Assembly: GCF_018350175.1 (NCBI RefSeq)
Contig: NC_058368.1
Coordinates: forward strand, 222,024,001 to 222,088,000
From: Felis catus
Taxonomy: Eukaryota
Reading direction: 5' to 3'
Length of the DNA stretch: 64,000 nt
Shown: positions 25,334-37,696 of the stretch, piece by piece
How positions within the stretch are numbered: the first letter of the stretch is position 1
Layout: each line of letters opens with the position of its first letter
The notes under the pieces: model-generated
Seen by the model: only the letters and a program-made list of their open reading frames with translations
What the model was told of the DNA's origin: nothing
Database searches by the model: none
Translations under genes and position numbers: made by a program

Positions 25334-25535
25334 GGGCGCCTGGGTGGCCCAGTGGGTTAGGCGTCCGACTTCGGCTCAGGTCATGATCTCACAGCTCGTG
25401 AGCTCGAGCCCCACGTTGGGCTCTGTGCTGACAGCTCAGAGCCTGGAGCCTGCTTCGCATTCTGTGTTTCCCTCTCTCTCTGCCCCTCCCCCGCTTGTGC
25501 TCTGTCTCTCAAAAATGAATAAAGGTAAATAAATA
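25334..25535 (+). mobile_element. CanSINE
   Basis: TSD AAACACA(C/T)CTTAATAG. Confidence 0.95.
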
Positions 25536-25787
25536 AACACATCTTAATAGTTTATTTATGCAGTGTCCTTCCCATTTAAGGATAATAGAAATTCATTTTT
25601 GAACAACGTTAAATAAGATGACTACATTACCTCTTTATTCTACTTCTGTTCATATGGTTTTGACTTTATTACTGAGTTTGAAGCTCCTTGGGTTTTTGCT
25701 ACCTCTTGGCCTATGCTCTACAAATCAGCATGTAACTTGGAAATAGGAAAACTCTGGCTATTTTGCTTTGTCATTTAGTAGCTTTAG

Positions 25788-25892
25788 GATGTGATTTCTG
25801 GGCCAAAGATGTCAAATTTATTACACTTTCTTGTTTGTTCTTTCTTAAGTGTTTTTTTTTAATATTTATTTATTTTGGGAGAGGACAGAGGG

Positions 25893-25927
<35 letters not shown>

Positions 25928-25940
25928 CCCAAATCCCAAG
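25788..25940 (-). repeat. Inverted copy of about 23742-23893 (SINE 3' end plus flank)
   Basis: 25810-25860 is the reverse complement of 23806-23856 apart from A-run length. Confidence 0.9.
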
Positions 25941-26256
25941 TGCCCAGAACAATGGCTCTATAGCTGCAAACTCCCTTCTCTGTTACAAAAGATCACGTAT
26001 ATTTTCTGTCTACATGGGCTTCTAATTGGGATTGAGCTGACCACTCAGGCCGTTCTAATAGCTTGAACCCCAGGTACAGAGCGCCAACAGTTTAATATGG
26101 ATTTTATCACAAATATATCCTCTCCTAGCTAGCCAAACACAAAAACTCAGAAATGATGAGGGGGGTGAAAGCTTTTTTTTTTTTTTTCCCCTCTGTCTCA
26201 GATAATAAATTATATTGTTTGATGTTAGGAAGGGAATCAAACTAAAGGCTGACACA

Positions 26257-26356
26257 TTTTTTAATGTTTATTTCTTTGTTTTGAGAAAGAGAGTGGCCCA
26301 CTCGTCCTTGCTCTTTAACTCTCTCAAAATAAATAAATAAACATAAAAAATAAAAA
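26257..26356. repeat. Two CanSINE 3' tails fused in opposite orientation (imperfect palindrome)
   Basis: TTTTAATGTTTATT...GAGAGTGG-C-CCACTC...CTCTCAAAATAAATAAATAAACATAAAAAA. Confidence 0.85.
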
Positions 26357-27356
26357 TACTTAGATGTTGATATTCTGATTACACAGACAGAACTTGTAAT
26401 TATTAGCTTCTATTCCCTATCGGTAGACCCACATGGGGGTCAAATGTTAAACATACACATTATTGATGACTCTCTTTGAATATTTGAGCATAAAATTTGA
26501 TAATCTACGGTTTTAAAAGTTTATCATGTGATTCTGCAGACTGCAAGGTATTAAACCTCTGATTTATGAGGTTTAAACTTTTCAGCCGCAGTTCCCTGAT
26601 GGGCAGGGGTTTCCAGGTTATTGAAAGCTCGGTCTCATTAAAATTTATTATCTTTCAGCATTCTCATTCATCATATTTTAAAATTATAAATCTATTTCAG
26701 ATAGTGCATGAAAACAATTCCCTTTCCCAAGCTTTGACGAAGACAATTCTTTTAAAAGCCGGTTAAATATTTGTGTTACTGATGCATTCATCATCAAAAG
26801 GTCACAGCTCCAAAGGGCAGTGGGGGGGTAGTTAATCTGGGGACACTTAACTGGGATACTGCTCTCTAGTTAACAGATGCAGGACTGCCACTATCAGGAC
26901 AGTAAAAGAGCTCTGTTATTCTGTGTCTCTTGTGGTGTCTGCAGTTGCCTTATTTGTGAAGTATTTGCTCACAAATTGAAGTGATTTCTCATGAATGAAT
27001 GAATGAATGAATGAGTAAAGAAATACCCAGGTGTAGACTTGAGAATCCAGTAGAAATATGCAAGCTAAGGAGATTTAAAATAGAAGCTTGAGAAGATTAG
27101 TATGATTTAGTAAGAAGCATAAAATACTGTCTTGGCATAGCCATCTTTAGGGGTGGTGGTGGTGATAAGTGCTGAACTTAGTATAGTGTTAAGTAGCAGG
27201 AAGTTGCAGAAGTACTGTGATTTCCTGATGGGGAAATCTATTACCAGATGACAATTTTTTTTTAGCATTTCTGAATTTATATGGCAGAAAAATATAACAA
27301 ATACAACATTTAGATTCCCTTTAGTTATATGTATTTATTTAAAAAAAGAAATGTTA

Positions 27357-27568
27357 GGGGCGCCTGGGTGGCTCAGTCGTTAAGCGTCCGACTTCGGTTC
27401 AGGTCGTGATCTTGCGGTCCATGAGTTCGAGCCCCGCATCGGGCTCTGTGCTGACAGCTCAGAGCCTGGAGCCTGTTTCAGATTCTGTGTCTCCCTCTCT
27501 CTCTGACCCTCCTTGTTCATGCTCTGTCTCTCCCCGTCTCAAAAATAAATAAAAACGTTAAAAAAATA
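27357..27568 (+). mobile_element. CanSINE, relatively young
   Basis: TSD AAAAAAGAAATGTTA; CpGs largely retained. Confidence 0.96.
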
Positions 27569-27579
27569 AAAAAAGAAAT

Positions 27580-27774
27580 GTTAATGTTTATTTATTTTTG
27601 AGAGGGAGATACACAGAGTATGAGCAGAGAGAAAGGGAGACACAGAATCTGAAGCAAGTTCCAGGCTCTGAGCTGTCAGCACAGAGCCCGACGTGGGGCT
27701 TAAAGTCATGAGCTGTGAGATCATGACCTGAGCTTAAGTCGGACGCTCAACCATCTGAGCCACCCAGGTTCCCC
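27580..27774 (-). mobile_element. CanSINE
   Basis: Directly abuts the previous element tail-to-tail. Confidence 0.95.
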
Positions 27775-28615
27775 TTAATTTATGTTTAATTTCAGTAAGT
27801 TTGAAGGCAAAGCTAAATGATTTGGGGACCAAAAGTTCCATAAATGAGGAAGCTTTGTAGATAGCTTGAAGAAGAGAAGGAGAAAATATTGCCACCTACA
27901 ATTTTATAATGGCTTACATTTTATACATTCCAGAGCCTGGAATATATACATACAGTTGGAACTGTTCCAGAATAGCTAATTTACAATCTCCCTATAAAGA
28001 GATTGGTTATTTGGAAACTAATTCTTCATATTTTCATACAATCTCAGTGCCATCGCTCCCCCCCGCCCTGCCGGCTTTTTTTCCCCTTGAAGTCTACGTT
28101 TGTTTTAAGTATAATTCCTTATATAAAACGCACTCTTATGGATATGAGGAATTTCAGGTTGTATAATATAATCAGTTTTCTGTATCTTTCCCTCAAATGT
28201 CCTAGGTGATGTTATAGCTACTGTGATGTTAGTAAACTGTTGTGAGCAGTCTGTAGCTGAGTCAGTTGCTATCAGGGTGGTAAACACGATCTTTTAACAG
28301 GCAGATTTTACACGTAGGACCTTTTGATATTATTTTGCTTAAGTTACAGAGGCTATGTACCCCTTCCTGACTTGTAAGGGAGGTATTTTCTAATCCCTTC
28401 AGAATCCGAAATTTTCTGAGTATCTAGATTTTATTGCGCTTATGGCTTATGGAAATTAAATATTATCCCCTCTTACCCATCTCCAACTCAAAAACTATTT
28501 TTAAGTCTACTATAAACATTGATTTTTGCTAGTCAGAAAACATACAGATAAATAGCCAGATGTTTCCTGTGCAATTTGGGGGTTTGGTTTGAATGGATGG
28601 GTGAAGAATATAGGC

Positions 28616-29282
28616 TGTGAAGGCAAATACATAATAATAAAATTGATAGGCTTAATGCTCCCTGTTAAAAATGGGGAAGGAGACATCCCTCCCTGTTATT
28701 AGAGGATTTACTTTAGAAAAACCTTTAATTGTAAGTTACCTCTCTTTGAAATGTAACTTTTGTAAAGGCTAAATAAGCCTCTTTCCAACTTCAAAACCCA
28801 GAAATGTCTTTCTCAAATACTTGGGAATCACCTCTTTGAAATGTAAATATCAAGGATATAATGCCTCTAACTCCCAGTGTCTGTGGAAGGATAGGTGTGT
28901 AATGTCTGTGGGGTGCCTTCCTCCAAATGATTAAAACTATGTGTGAGAGGTTTACATTTTCTTTGGATAAAGGCAATTAACTAACACAGATGGTCAACCC
29001 AACTAACAAATGTGTTTAGGATGAATTGCATCTGACCAGTCATGCGGTCAAGTTATGGTTTATATCTTGAGAACCTGCTTGCAATGGATTGTATCTGCGT
29101 GGCCATCTAAAAAGGTGAGATTTCCTCCTGACTTTGCAGTCTCTAGTACATTACCTGTGATGCACATCACATTCTGCTTTAATGCTTATTCAATAATAAG
29201 GTGTTTTTCTTTCTCTTCTACCTTTATAGAGGAATTGTCTTGGTTGGCAAGAGATTTAGTGTTTAATTACATTTTCCCAACA
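28616..29282 (+). mobile_element. Solo ERV1 LTR (MER34-like)
   Basis: TG...CA termini (TGTGAAGG...TTTCCCAACA); repeated CTCTTTGAAATGTAA; CACATTCTGCTTTAATGCTTATTCAATAATAA near the 3' end. Confidence 0.8.
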
Positions 29283-30168
29283 ATGTACAATCTGTTATTA
29301 ATGTTTATTTGCGAAGTAATTACCCTTAAGGTACTCAGAATCAAGTCGCCCCGCCCCCAGGTAGATTGAGAAAAACAACGGTAAGGGTACTGGTTAGAGT
29401 TTAACATACGTAGGTAGCTGCTGGGAGGTCACTTTCACTTTCAGAGAAAAGTCAAACTTCATGTTGCAAAATGAACTTTGGATAACTATGACACCCAAGG
29501 GACTGTATTTGGAGGGGCAGGGGTTGTTTTTCAGCCTTCAGGAAGTAGGTGTGTTTCTTCAGATTAGTTCATTGCTTATTTTCACGTGTTTTGTGGTGTG
29601 GTTTCTGCATCTGTTAATTGCAGCAAAGGAGGGCATAGTGAAGCATTCCCAGGATGTGATGTAGATATTCACAAACATTAAATTTAGGTCGGAGACGATG
29701 CAGCTAGAGTCGTCATGGGGGGCAGTATTGTCTTTTGCAAGCAATGCTTCTCATAAAACTGCCAAGAACAGTAGCAGAGCTGATCCAAGTTGGAGAGAGG
29801 AAGCGGTCAGTAGTTAGTAAAATTCTAGGTTGGTAGAAGAACATTCTTGGATTAGTATCCTCAGCTTGGTCTGCACGATGTGAAAAAGAGAAGACAAGCT
29901 CTGTTCCTATTTATATTGAACTGTAGGATTTAATCCTTGAGTAGAAACAAATTTGTTACTTAACTTTTATCAACCAGTAAATGCATAAATAAAGGGAAAA
30001 TAAATTTTGATCTCCCAATATTTTCTCTGCGTTAACTTATTTCCACACTAAACCTTATTTTGTTAGTCTCAGCAATGAGCTTTGAAAGATGCTAGGGAAA
30101 TCTTCAGAGAGGAAAGGACCTGTACATCGGGGTTAGAGATAGTAGAAGTTCAGAAAGCAGAAATAACT

Positions 30169-30380
30169 TTTTTTTTAATTTGTTAATGTTTATTTATTTT
30201 TGAGAGAGACAGACATAGTGCAAGTGGGGGAGGGGCAGAGAGAGAGGGAGACACAGAATCTGAAGCAGGTCCAGGCTCTGATCTGTCAGCACAGAGTCCG
30301 ACACGGGGCTCATACAGACCGAGAGATCATGATCTAAGGTGATGTGGGACCCTTAACCGACTGAGCAACCCATGCACCCC
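30169..30380 (-). mobile_element. CanSINE
   Basis: TSD AGAAATAA. Confidence 0.93.
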
Positions 30381-30531
30381 AGAAATAATTTTTTTAATAC
30401 CCAGCTCCCACAACCTTGTGAATTACATTGAAAGTGTGCAACTTTATTTGAGAACACAGAGAACAAAATAATTACTAAAATAAGGCACACTAAACTAGTA
30501 AGTAATCCAGAGTTTAGAAAAATGTGGCCCT

Positions 30532-30716
30532 GGGGCACCTGGGTGGCTCTGCTCATGATCTCGCAGTCTGTGAGTTCAGGCCCATGTAGGGCTCTGTACA
30601 GACAGCTCAGAGCCTGGAACCTGCTTCAGATTCTGTGTCTCCCTCTCTCTCTGCCCCATTCCCCACTGGTGCTCTGTCTCTGTCTCTCTCAAAAATTAAT
30701 AAAACATTAAAAAAAA
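30532..30716 (+). mobile_element. CanSINE with deletion in the head
   Basis: TSD AAAA(A/G)TGTGGCCCTG. Confidence 0.93.
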
Positions 30717-32334
30717 GTGTGGCCCTGTTTTTCCTCAGTGATTTCCTTAGTTATGAGAAATAACATATATTCGCTCACCGGATTCATTTATTTCTAATTC
30801 CTGGGCGTTTAAGAGCCTGAAATCCTACTTTAGATTCTTCTCGGGTAGAATTTCAGGCCCTTTCATTCCTACTTTTTTCTTAAAAACTTTTTATTCATAA
30901 AATCCATGAAAATCCAAATTCCTATATTTGAGGGTTGTAATTCAGGTAAAGCAAAACATAATCTCTGTGAAGATATAAACCATGCCTGGTTCTCAAGTAG
31001 AGTACTTAACAGCATGATTCGTCACGTATAATTCATTCTAAACACATTAATTGAAATTTCTCTTCTTTAAACCCCTCAGTCTCTTATTTCCAATAATTTA
31101 GTTCAAAGTCTAAATTTGTTCTTTGGCTTTATTTCAACTTCAAAGTCATTTATATTTCTACTTTCTTCCAAGCTATCAGTCTTTTGCTCCCTGTAATTTC
31201 TTACTTATTTAGTTTTCAGTCAATTATTTCAGTAACATTCTTGAAAATGCTCTAAGTTCATTTGTCGATATCCTGAATACAACTTGCCTCAAAACAAACA
31301 AAACCTATCTGTAGAAAGGCAAAATAAGACATATTTGAATCACCATAAATCCGTGGATGGCAAATTCACAGAGGATGTCAATATTGTCTGACATCTCCCT
31401 TGCTAATGCTCTGAATTCACTTGTCAACATCCTGCAGGCCACTCGCCTCAAAAAAGTAACTACCTTAAAAATTAAACGATTTAAATTATTCCTCTTTGCT
31501 CCAACTACAAGGCCAAGAGTTTAATATGGACGGGTACATGGTTACTGCTGTAGACTCTTTTTAAACTAGCGCTGAGCTTTCTAACCTCATGATACAATTA
31601 TTTCTATTCTATGTGATGGCTCCATGTGGGTTTTGGGATACCATATAAGGTCAGTGCCTCTAATGCATCCTAGACGAGAAGGAAGACACAAGACCTGTTT
31701 TCTGTTCTTTTCTACCACCTTAAGTTTTTAGCTAAGAGAAGGGAGGAAAATGGCTCTGATGTATGACCTCTTATCTAACCTCTATCCACTTCACATTCTT
31801 TCTCCCAAAGCTATTTACTTTCTTGAAATTTCTACAAGAAACGTAACCTATCACATGTGCTCTCCCATCTTTAATTAGCACTCGCCTGCATCCTCTTAAA
31901 AACATTATCATTCAAGAGATAAAGTAAACATAACTTTCAAGGATAAAATTTTAAAGAAGAATTATTATCTTTTAATATGTTATGTGGATTATATATATTT
32001 ATATATTTAATGTTATATATTTAAAAATATCTATGTAAAAATATAATGTTATATATTTAAAAATATCTATGAATATAATATAATGCCATGTATGGAGGAA
32101 GCATTCTGTTATACTCAAGACTCAATTAGTGAAACCAACCAAGAGACAGCTATTGGACTCATGAACACTGATTTTCAAAGCCACCTAGGATAAATCTAAG
32201 AGACTGTGTCATCTTGGTGTATCACTAGATTCTTAGAAGATGAAATTATTTTAGTAAAATTTTTACAGCCAATTAATTGTAAATGTGATTGCTTTTAAAT
32301 TTTCTCTGAATTAAAAATTTATATATGTCCCTGT

Positions 32335-33273
32335 AGTATTTGTTACAATGTTAAAAATTTATCCCCAAAGTTAACTGTTTAAAACAACGTGTATTTATTT
32401 CACAGTTTCTAAAGGTTAAGAAAAAAGGAATAGCTTAGGTAGGAGTTCTGACTCTAGGCCTTCTTGAGTCAAATTTGCAGGTAAGTTGTCAGCCAGACTG
32501 GATCCTCGGAAGCCTTGACCACTGCTGCAAAGCCTGCTTGTAAGAGACTCAACCATACAGCTGGGAGTTGGTGCTGGTTGTCCCCTAGGGTGATTTTGTT
32601 CTTTTCATGTGTCTGTCATCATTCAGGCATTCTGTTCTTCACACGACCTCACTAACAAGATTGACTGGGATTCCTTCTGTGGTGGTTAGGCTCAGAGAGA
32701 GAGAGATTAGAGGAGAGAGAGAAAGAGAGAGACAGAGAAACACAGAGAGAGAGACAGAGAAAGGAGAAGAGGGGAAGAAGGAGAAGAAGAAAGAAGGAGG
32801 AGGAGAAGAAAGAAGGAGGAGGAGGAGAAGGAAAGGGGAAGAAAAAGAAGAAAGGAGGAGGAGGAGGAGGAAGACAAAAACAAGAACAGAATAAGAACAA
32901 GAAGTACAAGAAGGAAAGGGGAAAGAACAAGGAGGAGGAAGAATGAGGAGACAAAGAGAAGGAGAAGAGGAGAGCAAGGGAAGGAGAGGAGAAGGAAGGA
33001 AACAAAAGGGAGGAGAGGGAAGGGAAAGCAGGAGAGACAAAAGATAAAATAAGCACCAAGCGCTGAGCCTGTGAGGAGGGAGAGAGGGCACTCAAGACTA
33101 AGCCCTAGTATTTTACAGCCTTATTTCGGAAGTTACATTTCAACCTTCTGGTGGTAATCTATTCCTTAGAAGTGAGCCATTCAGCCCAGCCCACACTCAA
33201 GGGGAGGAATATTAAGTTCTTCGTGAAGTAAGGAATATTAGGAATCTGTGGACATATGTTTAATATCACCACA
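32335..33273 (-). mobile_element. MaLR LTR (MLT1F-like) with internal purine expansion
   Basis: TTAAAACAACGTGTATTTATTTCACAGTTTCT start; CAGCCCACACTCAAGGGGAGG...GTGGACATATGTTTAATATCACCACA end. Confidence 0.8.
32694..33090 (+). repeat. Polypurine low-complexity tract (GA/GAA/GGA)
   Basis: About 400 bp almost exclusively A/G. Confidence 0.95.
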
Positions 33274-33458
33274 TATCATAAAACTATTTAAATCCACTGT
33301 AGAACTTTAAAGGAATAAATATTTTTCAGTTAAAGTAAGGAATATTAGGAAGTAAGGAATATTAGGAATCTGTGGACATATGTTTAATATCACCACACAT
33401 CATAAAACTATGTAAATCCACTGTAGAACTTTAAAGGAATAAATATTTTTCAGTTAAA
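33226..33458 (+). repeat. 109-bp direct duplication with a short stutter between copies
   Basis: 33226-33334 versus 33350-33458, two mismatches seen. Confidence 0.95.
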
Positions 33459-33519
33459 CACAATTTTCAACTTAGCGGAAGCAATTTTTCAGCTGTGGAA
33501 CAGTACAGAAGTTTATTGT

Positions 33520-33524
<5 letters not shown>

Positions 33525-33558
<34 letters not shown>

Positions 33559-33582
33559 ACACATGCATACATACACTCACAC
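33525..33582. repeat. (CA)n microsatellite
   Basis: Directly visible. Confidence 0.95.
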
Positions 33583-34819
33583 AGAAAATTCACACGTAAT
33601 CAAATACATAACCTTCATGCATAAAGTTTGTCAGAGGAGAAATGCTTGACTTTTCAAAAAGGCTCATTCATTAAAAATGAAATTACCTTTGTGTTCATTT
33701 TAGCTGTAACCTTTAAGCAATCAATGACTATATACTCCCTGTAATCATTCTTTAAAATTAGAATTATTGAAAAGCTTTATGATCACTGATGAATGAAAGA
33801 AAGTAATATTGATTTTTGACCAGGAGAGATGATCTCCAGCAGTAAACATGTGCAGTCTTAGAAGAAATCACTTTCCTCTGTGACTTTCTAACACTATTGA
33901 AATGGGTCAATTTGAAGCACATTCATCATGTTTTAAAATTTAATCACACATTACTTTATAATACTTTAGATAATGCTTTTATCTAAGTAACTCCAGGATG
34001 AAAAAAATTAACTATATCAATTAAAATATGATGAAAGCACAAATATCCAAAATTGTAGAGGCATGTTTATATGTCACTTTTAAGTTTTGTGGGCTTTTTT
34101 TTAACCTTACTTTTTGTTATGTTTTGTGGTTGTTGTTGTTCTTTTGTTTCACTAACCAAAATAATTTGTGAAGTTAAGTGTGTGTAAATGTGGAAGATAA
34201 AACCACTCCTCTATGAGTAATCATCATTTGATAGACACTTTTATTTCATTTATGATAGGATGGATGGATAGGAAAGTGAGTTGACATTTTCAGGCCATTG
34301 GATTAATAGTACCCGGAATTCTGGTCATATTTTAACAGTCATAGTGTATGTGATATTCTGCAGCTTGAATAATGAATGCATGTCGTTATGTAACAAATAA
34401 TAACACAATTTAGAAAAGTGATTACTTACTACTTTTAAATCTTAAAATATTAAAAAATAATAAAAAAGAGACAGAGTTTGTACATTGAGGGGATGTATCA
34501 TCATCTTAAACATATTCTCCACTTCTTAAATCCCTCCCCTTTTTTTTTAGTTAAATCGTATACTCTTTATACAACCTCACTTCTGTTTTATTACTCCCTG
34601 GGAAATATTTTCACTATAAAACAGCAAGTGACCAAACTTAATCTGAATTGAATATCCCCACATTGCTATAGCCTCTGATTACTATTCAGTTTTGTTTTGT
34701 TTTTTTTTTTTTTTTTTCAATTTCCCATTTCCACCCTCGGAACCATCCGATTCCTTGCTTTTCATTGCATTCTACTCATACTTTGCTCCCTGAGTGCTCA
34801 TTTCCAGTATCCTTTAAAT

Positions 34820-36125
34820 TTCTCATGCACTGAATCTTCAGGCTTCTCTTCTTATGGTGAACTCTCTCCCACAGTAATACATTTCTCTCCCATGGCTTAA
34901 TGTCCTATTTATACTCAGAGGCTCTAAATTGTACATCTCTGGGCCAGGTCTATCTTAGGAACTCCGACTTACTTTACTTAACCAACTACATAATCTGGTC
35001 ATAATTAGGTAACGTAGCTGAGGATATGGTTTTAGTGTAGACCCATGTTTTTTCCCATAAAGCTGTTTTTTTTTAATGTTTATTTATTTTTGAGAACAAG
35101 AGAGAGAGCAAGTTGGGGAGGGGCAGAGAGAGAGAGGGAGACACAGAATCTGAAGCAGGCTCCAGGCTCTGAAGTGTCAGCACAGAGCTTGATGCGGGGC
35201 TTGAACCCGTGAACTGTGGGATCATGACCTGAGCTGAAGTCGGACACTCAACCAACTGAGCCATCCAGGTGCCCCGCCAAAAAGCTGTTTTGACACCTCA
35301 GTCACATTATTCTTCCATTCAAACTATCATTTAGTCTTGTCAGTTTAATCTTATTGATATAGAACTACATCCGTTTCTTATCCTTCTTATAAACAGTAGT
35401 TTGAGTGTCCGTGATCAATTTCACCTAATTATTGCAGGATTAAAAAAAAAATACCCCATCTTTTGCTTTGGACAGTTCCATCCCCAGCAAATCCACTCAA
35501 ATCACTCTCAAAACCATGATGAACTGTATTTTTCAATAACTCTGATCATTGAATTCCCATGCTTAAAATATATTCCGAACCCTCTCAGTGCACTTAGTTT
35601 AAAATGCAAAACTTAACTTGTCCTGCAAATCTTCATTTGCATTTCAACTTCATTCTATACTTGTTTCCCTTCAATCTCTACCTTCAACCACTGTGGTCTT
35701 CTTTTACTTAATCTGTAAATTATGTTCCATCTTAACTTATGGTCTTTAGATAAAAACATTGACACTGTATTTTTCTCTGACACTATTTTCCTTGATATTC
35801 GGGTGGTGATTTCAGAGACATTTATCAGTTCTTAGCTGAATTGTCTCTTCCTCAGTAGAAACAACTCACCCTAAAGCTAAAGCACATGACCAATACAAAA
35901 ATATTTTATCACAGCCTTAGCTTGCTTAAATATATTCTTATATGCCATAGAATATTTTATGGTTTAAAATTACTATTTATTCATTTGATGATATTGGTAA
36001 AGGCTTTTCTTTAGTTATGGTGAATTCCATGAGGTCAGAGATGCTATCTCAATCATCTGTCTTCTACACCCACTACAGTGCCTGGTAGATAGATGTATTC
36101 AGGACATATTTTTACAATTAATAAA
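34820..36125 (+). mobile_element. L2 LINE fragments, interrupted by a SINE
   Basis: CTCTCCCATGGCTTAATGTCCTATTTATACT...; 3' end GAATTCCATGAGGTCAGAGA...ACAGTGCCTGGTAGATAGATGTATTCA. Confidence 0.65.
35066..35275 (-). mobile_element. CanSINE
   Basis: TSD AAAGCTGTTTT. Confidence 0.95.
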
Positions 36126-36659
36126 TTATAACTAGGCTGTATTTTTATTCTAATTTAATTTTATTAAAGAATTTGTAAAGAAAAATAAAATTGGGAGACA
36201 AATGACACTACAAGTGCATATGTATTGGGCTTGCAATTTGCTAGGCAATGGATTTGGCATCTATAGAAATACCTGCTACTATGTTCTTTATAAAGTGTTT
36301 CTAATCTATCTATAACTCTATTCCCCAAAACTCTCTACTCTATATGGGACTCATGATCCCAATGGAAACACCATTTGATTCTAGGCTCACCACTTAAATA
36401 TAAAGTCAAAACTCTTTTGTATGACACATAAAGATGTAGACTCCTGTGTGGCTGTAACCTTGCAGTCACACACTCCTGATGTGTTTATCTAACCACTGTC
36501 TCTTCCAGACCTATAAAATATAGATTATGCTGAAAATTATGTAATATTTATCCTTCTACACCAAACCTCAGGTGGGAGGAGGTGGAGAATATTGACCTTG
36601 TGTAACCGATGTAGGCCTTGTTGGCCTAGTGAATTTTTTCAAAACACAATATAAAGTAC

Positions 36660-37176
36660 CACATTTTCCAAGGTTTTGAGAGGGAAATTGAAATCACAAT
36701 AGGTCTTTCAAGAAGAAAGTACATTTAAACATACACCACTAGAAGAACTAGAATAACTGAATTATGCATGTTATTGAGGGTGTGGAGGAAGGATTTGTTT
36801 TCTTAAATTCAAAGACACATAACCATTCCTGCAGTCTTGGGTCAAGAAGATGCTTCTACTGCCAATGCTTTAAGCTTTTCACACCCACAAGTTGGTGATT
36901 AAACACAAAGAGCATTGAGTCCATTTCCACTATTCCTAAAATCCCTGTCTCCATAGCTTTCATCGCCAGAATTAGCAATATCAAGATGGGCCCTGACTTA
37001 CTTCATCCTTCTAAGTGTGATACATGCATACAATGGTAGAGTGGGCTAAGCTTCATCCAGAACATTGGCTCAAAGAGAACTGCATTCTTTATTTTGTCTG
37101 GTTTTATTTAAATAACCTATTCAAATTTCTGAAGACTAGGATGAGTGCTGAAAAAATATGTCCACAGTCTACCACA
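36660..37176 (-). mobile_element. Possible ancient LTR remnant
   Basis: Ends GTCCACAGTCTACCACA (reverse complement starts TGTGGTAGAC); otherwise highly diverged. Confidence 0.3.
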
Positions 37177-37696
37177 TATCTTCCACAATCCCCAACTGAA
37201 TAATGCAGATCCATCTTGGAATCTTATATCATTTCCTCCCACCATGACACTACCACACATCCTGCAGTACTGTAACTGTATATGGGAATATCTTCCCCAA
37301 TATTCTCTGAGATATCCTGAGTGTTATTCATTTGTGTAATACTTACATTATGAGATCTTACAAATGTTTTCAATGTATTTTGTATTTAAATACAAAAGAA
37401 TAATCAAGTGCATAACCCAAATTTCTGATGTGCACACAGCTAGTTTCCCCTCAAATGTTCTATGATATATTTAACTTAGACAAATGATTTGGCATTTACC
37501 TCATTTTCCCAAATTCATCTGCTATCATCCCAGTAATCAATAAATCTTCCTCACAGCCTTTTAAACTAAGATTTATTATAAACATTGTCAGTCTTCATAA
37601 TTAAACTATTTTTTTGAACAGTAGCAGTCTATAGTCAATTCTGTACTTCAGGTTTAGATAGGCACAGAATAAATATTGATAAAGGAATGGATAACT

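Noticed and set aside
32607..33095. Longest ORFs in the track (95-150 aa)
   Set aside because: Translations of the polypurine tract (E/R/K or L/S/P/F rich); open only because of low complexity
33226..33458. Repeat-spacer pattern resembling a CRISPR array (AAGTAAGGAATATTAGGA x3)
   Set aside because: The intervening sequences are duplicates of each other, the DNA is mammalian and there are no cas genes
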